From positions 1-64,000 of the forward strand of contig NZ_JBEXZS010000136.1 in assembly GCF_040593685.1 (NCBI RefSeq): a stretch of DNA of 64,000 nt, read 5' to 3'. A program made the position numbers and the translations under genes. Below, one piece after another: positions 61,658 to 64,000 of the stretch (the first letter of the stretch is position 1; every line of letters starts with the position of its first letter). The notes under the pieces were generated by a model. It saw only the letters and a list, made by a program, of their open reading frames with translations, made no database searches and was not told the origin of the DNA. The stretch comes from Methylobacterium sp. EM32 (GTDB lineage Bacteria > Pseudomonadota > Alphaproteobacteria > Rhizobiales > Beijerinckiaceae).

Positions 61658-62485
61658 TCAGGCGCCGATCCCGGACGCGGGCTGCATGTAGAAGCGCATC
61701 AGCGGCTTGAACCTCTGCGCGGAGGCGTCGTCGATCTCGCTCCGGTCGTGGACCTCGAACATCATCCTTGTTTTTTCTTCGTTTTCCAGCTTGCCGTCGT
61801 CCATCCCGAAATAGCCCCGCTGCGATTTCGTCCAGTAATAGTCCCTCGATCTGACGTGGTAGTGGTTGATCCGCATCTTGCTGTAAGTGGGCAGCCTGTC
61901 CTCGAAGAATCCGTAGGGCGGCACCATCGGGAGTTCCCGTCCGGCATCGTCGACGGTGCCGTCTGCCACCTCGAAGAGATGGGACGTCCTGGCCCGGCCT
62001 GCTTTCTTGAGGTTCACGATCGACTTCACGTGCCGATTGTACAGGAAGTCGTCCGGGGCCCGGCGGGTGAAATTGTCGATCATCAGCCCGTCGGGCTGCG
62101 CGACATGCCCGTTCGATCCGTAGATGTGCCAGTGGACGGCGATCGCCCCGACCTCGCCGAAGCTCGCGATCGTGTGCCGGATGTCGGTGCCGTCGACCGG
62201 GTAGAGGAACTCGTCGGCGTCGATGAAGGCCATCCACGCGACGTCGTTTACGTATGACGCGACAACCTCGTCGTAGAGATCGGTCTGCGCGGCCCTCCCG
62301 GGCCGGGCGACGAGATCGATGCTGCGCCCGTCGCGAAACGAGGCGACGATGCCGGCCGTATCGTCCGTGCTGCCATTGTCGACGAGGATGATCTTCTCGA
62401 AGCCGACGGCGCGGTGAAAGGCCAGCCACTCCCGCAGGATCGATGCTTCGTTTTTGACGGTGCAGCACACGGCGGCATAGATCAT
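61658..62485 (-). CDS. Glycosyltransferase, GT92/GT2-like (DUF23-type) family
   Basis: Start MIYAAVCCTVKNEASILREWLAFHRAVGFEKIILVDNGSTDDT, with a DxD-like FIDADEF motif. Confidence 0.6.
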   Translation of the reverse strand: MIYAAVCCTVKNEASILREWLAFHRAVGFEKIILVDNGSTDDTAGIVASFRDGRSIDLVARPGRAAQTDLYDEVVASYVNDVAWMAFIDADEFLYPVDGTDIRHTIASFGEVGAIAVHWHIYGSNGHVAQPDGLMIDNFTRRAPDDFLYNRHVKSIVNLKKAGRARTSHLFEVADGTVDDAGRELPMVPPYGFFEDRLPTYSKMRINHYHVRSRDYYWTKSQRGYFGMDDGKLENEEKTRMMFEVHDRSEIDDASAQRFKPLMRFYMQPASGIGA

Positions 62486-62576
62486 CGCGGCTCCCCTTCG
62501 GTCGTCTCGGAATCGCGCCTGCGGCCCCCACGACGAACGTCCGCCTGCAGGCGTCGCCGCGCGATCGGGCCGTGAT

Positions 62577-63158
62577 CTAGTGGGCCAGCTTGCCGAGCTC
62601 CCGGCCGAGTTCCAGGAGGACCATGTCCACGAGGCGCAGCAGGAAGGGCTTGCGCGCCGTCGCGATCACCTCGCGCGCCGAGATGCACAGCTCGGCCGCC
62701 CTGTCGAGCGGATGAACGTCCGGAAGATCGCGAGCGATCGACGGAGCCTGGCCGTCCAGCTTGCTGTTCGTGATGTCGACGATGATGCCGCGCGCCCGCA
62801 TCGGGCGTCCCTCCGCATCGTGATAGTAGCGGGCGCGGACCAGGGCCCACTTCTCGACACCCTCCTCCGGCTGCGTCCGATATTCGGCGACCAGGGTGCC
62901 CGTGCCCTGCATCGCGCCCCGGATGGCGTCGTTCATCCAGTCGCGGTCACTCGGATGATGTCCGGATACGAACATATCGAGGCTGTAGCCCGATTGGCTG
63001 GCCGAAGCGGAGTCGATCCCATACAGACTCGCAACGATGTCATCGCAATAGATCCGGTCGTTCGGTATATCCCAGTCCCAGCTGCCGACCGCTTGCGGGA
63101 TATCGACGAAGCGCGGCCGCAATGCCTCTCCGGTCAGCAATCTTCCCGATGCGCCCAT
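62577..63158 (-). CDS. PAS-domain protein
   Basis: WDWDIPNDRIYCDDIVASLYG matches the PAS_3-fold sensors common in alphaproteobacteria. The start is ATG 63158 or 63191. Confidence 0.6.
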   Translation of the reverse strand: MGASGRLLTGEALRPRFVDIPQAVGSWDWDIPNDRIYCDDIVASLYGIDSASASQSGYSLDMFVSGHHPSDRDWMNDAIRGAMQGTGTLVAEYRTQPEEGVEKWALVRARYYHDAEGRPMRARGIIVDITNSKLDGQAPSIARDLPDVHPLDRAAELCISAREVIATARKPFLLRLVDMVLLELGRELGKLAH

Positions 63159-63717
63159 GTGGCCCCCATGCCGGCGAGAACGTTCAATCATTCAGGATGC
63201 CACTGGATATACCGCCGATGGGTGCGTGTCTTCACATTTTTATTTGTGGAGAGAGATGAAAGCGCTGCTGATCATTCAAAATATATTTAAATGATATCGC
63301 GATTTGGCGAACAATGAGTCAAGCGCGCACAGGCTGAGGACGGTGCACAACTATCTGGTGTGCTAGAATTTAGGTTGCGGCTATCAATGGGGTTCGAGTG
63401 CAACCACAGGATTTGTCGATCGCAATATGCGCCTAATCAGGTTGCGTGCCGGACAGGTCACGGCGGGATTTCCCGGTTCAGACGTTCGGCGGGCATGCTG
63501 CCAGTGCAAGGCGATCGAACCCAGCGAGGACTGTCGCGATGAGGAGAGCAGGACCATGACGGTCACACGATCGACTGTCCGGTAGCCCTGCTATTCTGTG
63601 AAACGCTGTCGTCTTCAGTAAACGAAAGTCGATATCTTCGCTCTAGTCTCTGCGTTCACCGCGAGCAACGGCGCGGGTGCGGCAGGGCGCGCGGCGCCCT
63701 GCCTGGCTCGCGCCCCG

Positions 63718-63987
63718 TCAGGCGGCGAGAGCGCGGCTCTCCGCCGCGGGTCCGGCCGAGGCCTGCGACGCGTAGACGCCGTCGCCGGCCCAGTGGCTCG
63801 CGGGCACCAGCGCGACCTCGAGCGTCACCTCACCCCGCGCGCCGGCCCACAGGGCGGCGGGCAGCACGGCGCTGCCGTCCGTCCAGCGCCAGAGGTCGCC
63901 CGCCTGCCCCTGCACGAAGCTGAAGCCGGCCGCGAGGGCCGGATCGTCGAGCGCGACGTCGCGGGAGAAGCCCAGCCCGTCGCGCAC
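63718..63987 (-). CDS. Possible small ORF or fragment near the window edge
   Basis: A 89-aa ORF from the track with no motif. GC third-position bias is consistent with coding, but the context is incomplete. Confidence 0.2.
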   Translation of the reverse strand: MRDGLGFSRDVALDDPALAAGFSFVQGQAGDLWRWTDGSAVLPAALWAGARGEVTLEVALVPASHWAGDGVYASQASAGPAAESRALAA

Positions 63988-64000
63988 CGACAGGCCTCGC

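Noticed and set aside
63675-63702. Perfect hairpin gcagggcgc-gcg-gcgccctgc downstream of the 63718-63987 ORF as a terminator
   Set aside because: No U-tract follows on either strand, and the adjacent ORF is itself doubtful. I left it uncalled.

Overview
This is a high-GC (~68-70%) window, typical of an alphaproteobacterial replicon, and it is mostly accessory in character. The taxon is inference only. Roughly 16.4-40.3 kb is one minus-strand biosynthetic operon for a hybrid PKS/NRPS lipopeptide. A ~4.8k-aa megasynthase (FAAL-ACP-KS-AT-ACP-aminotransferase followed by NRPS modules) is followed by an asparagine-synthetase-like amidotransferase, a second NRPS (A-T-C-A(MT)-T-C) and a SyrD-like ABC exporter, all joined by ATGA/GTGA overlaps. 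Nearby lie a type-II thioesterase, a C-A-T-TE NRPS, and an autotransporter whose passenger domain is an S12/beta-lactamase-fold serine hydrolase. The FAAL-PKS-aminotransferase loading block is the hallmark of beta-amino-fatty-acid (iturin/mycosubtilin/puwainaphycin-type) lipopeptides. The NRPS part is unusual: a C-T module with only a vestigial A domain, two C-family domains in tandem, and C-terminal C domains on two of the synthetases. The rest of the window encodes an HcnABC/opine-oxidase-like three-subunit flavoprotein dehydrogenase with RidA, flanked by two MITE-like repeats. There is also a LysR-controlled Pot-type ABC transporter with a DAO-family oxidase operon, interrupted by a second REP/MITE-like repeat family. 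A plasmid-type replication initiator with an RHH gene, operator palindrome and terminator follows. A low-GC three-gene cassette of unknown function ends in a ParA/MinD-like P-loop protein with a deviant KGGVGR Walker A and a long helical tail. This cassette is the best candidate for an undescribed accessory, possibly defence, module. A LivK-like substrate-binding protein, a GT92-like glycosyltransferase and a PAS protein complete the window. No rRNA, tRNA or CRISPR was seen. Many long antisense ORFs in the track are high-GC artefacts and were not called.
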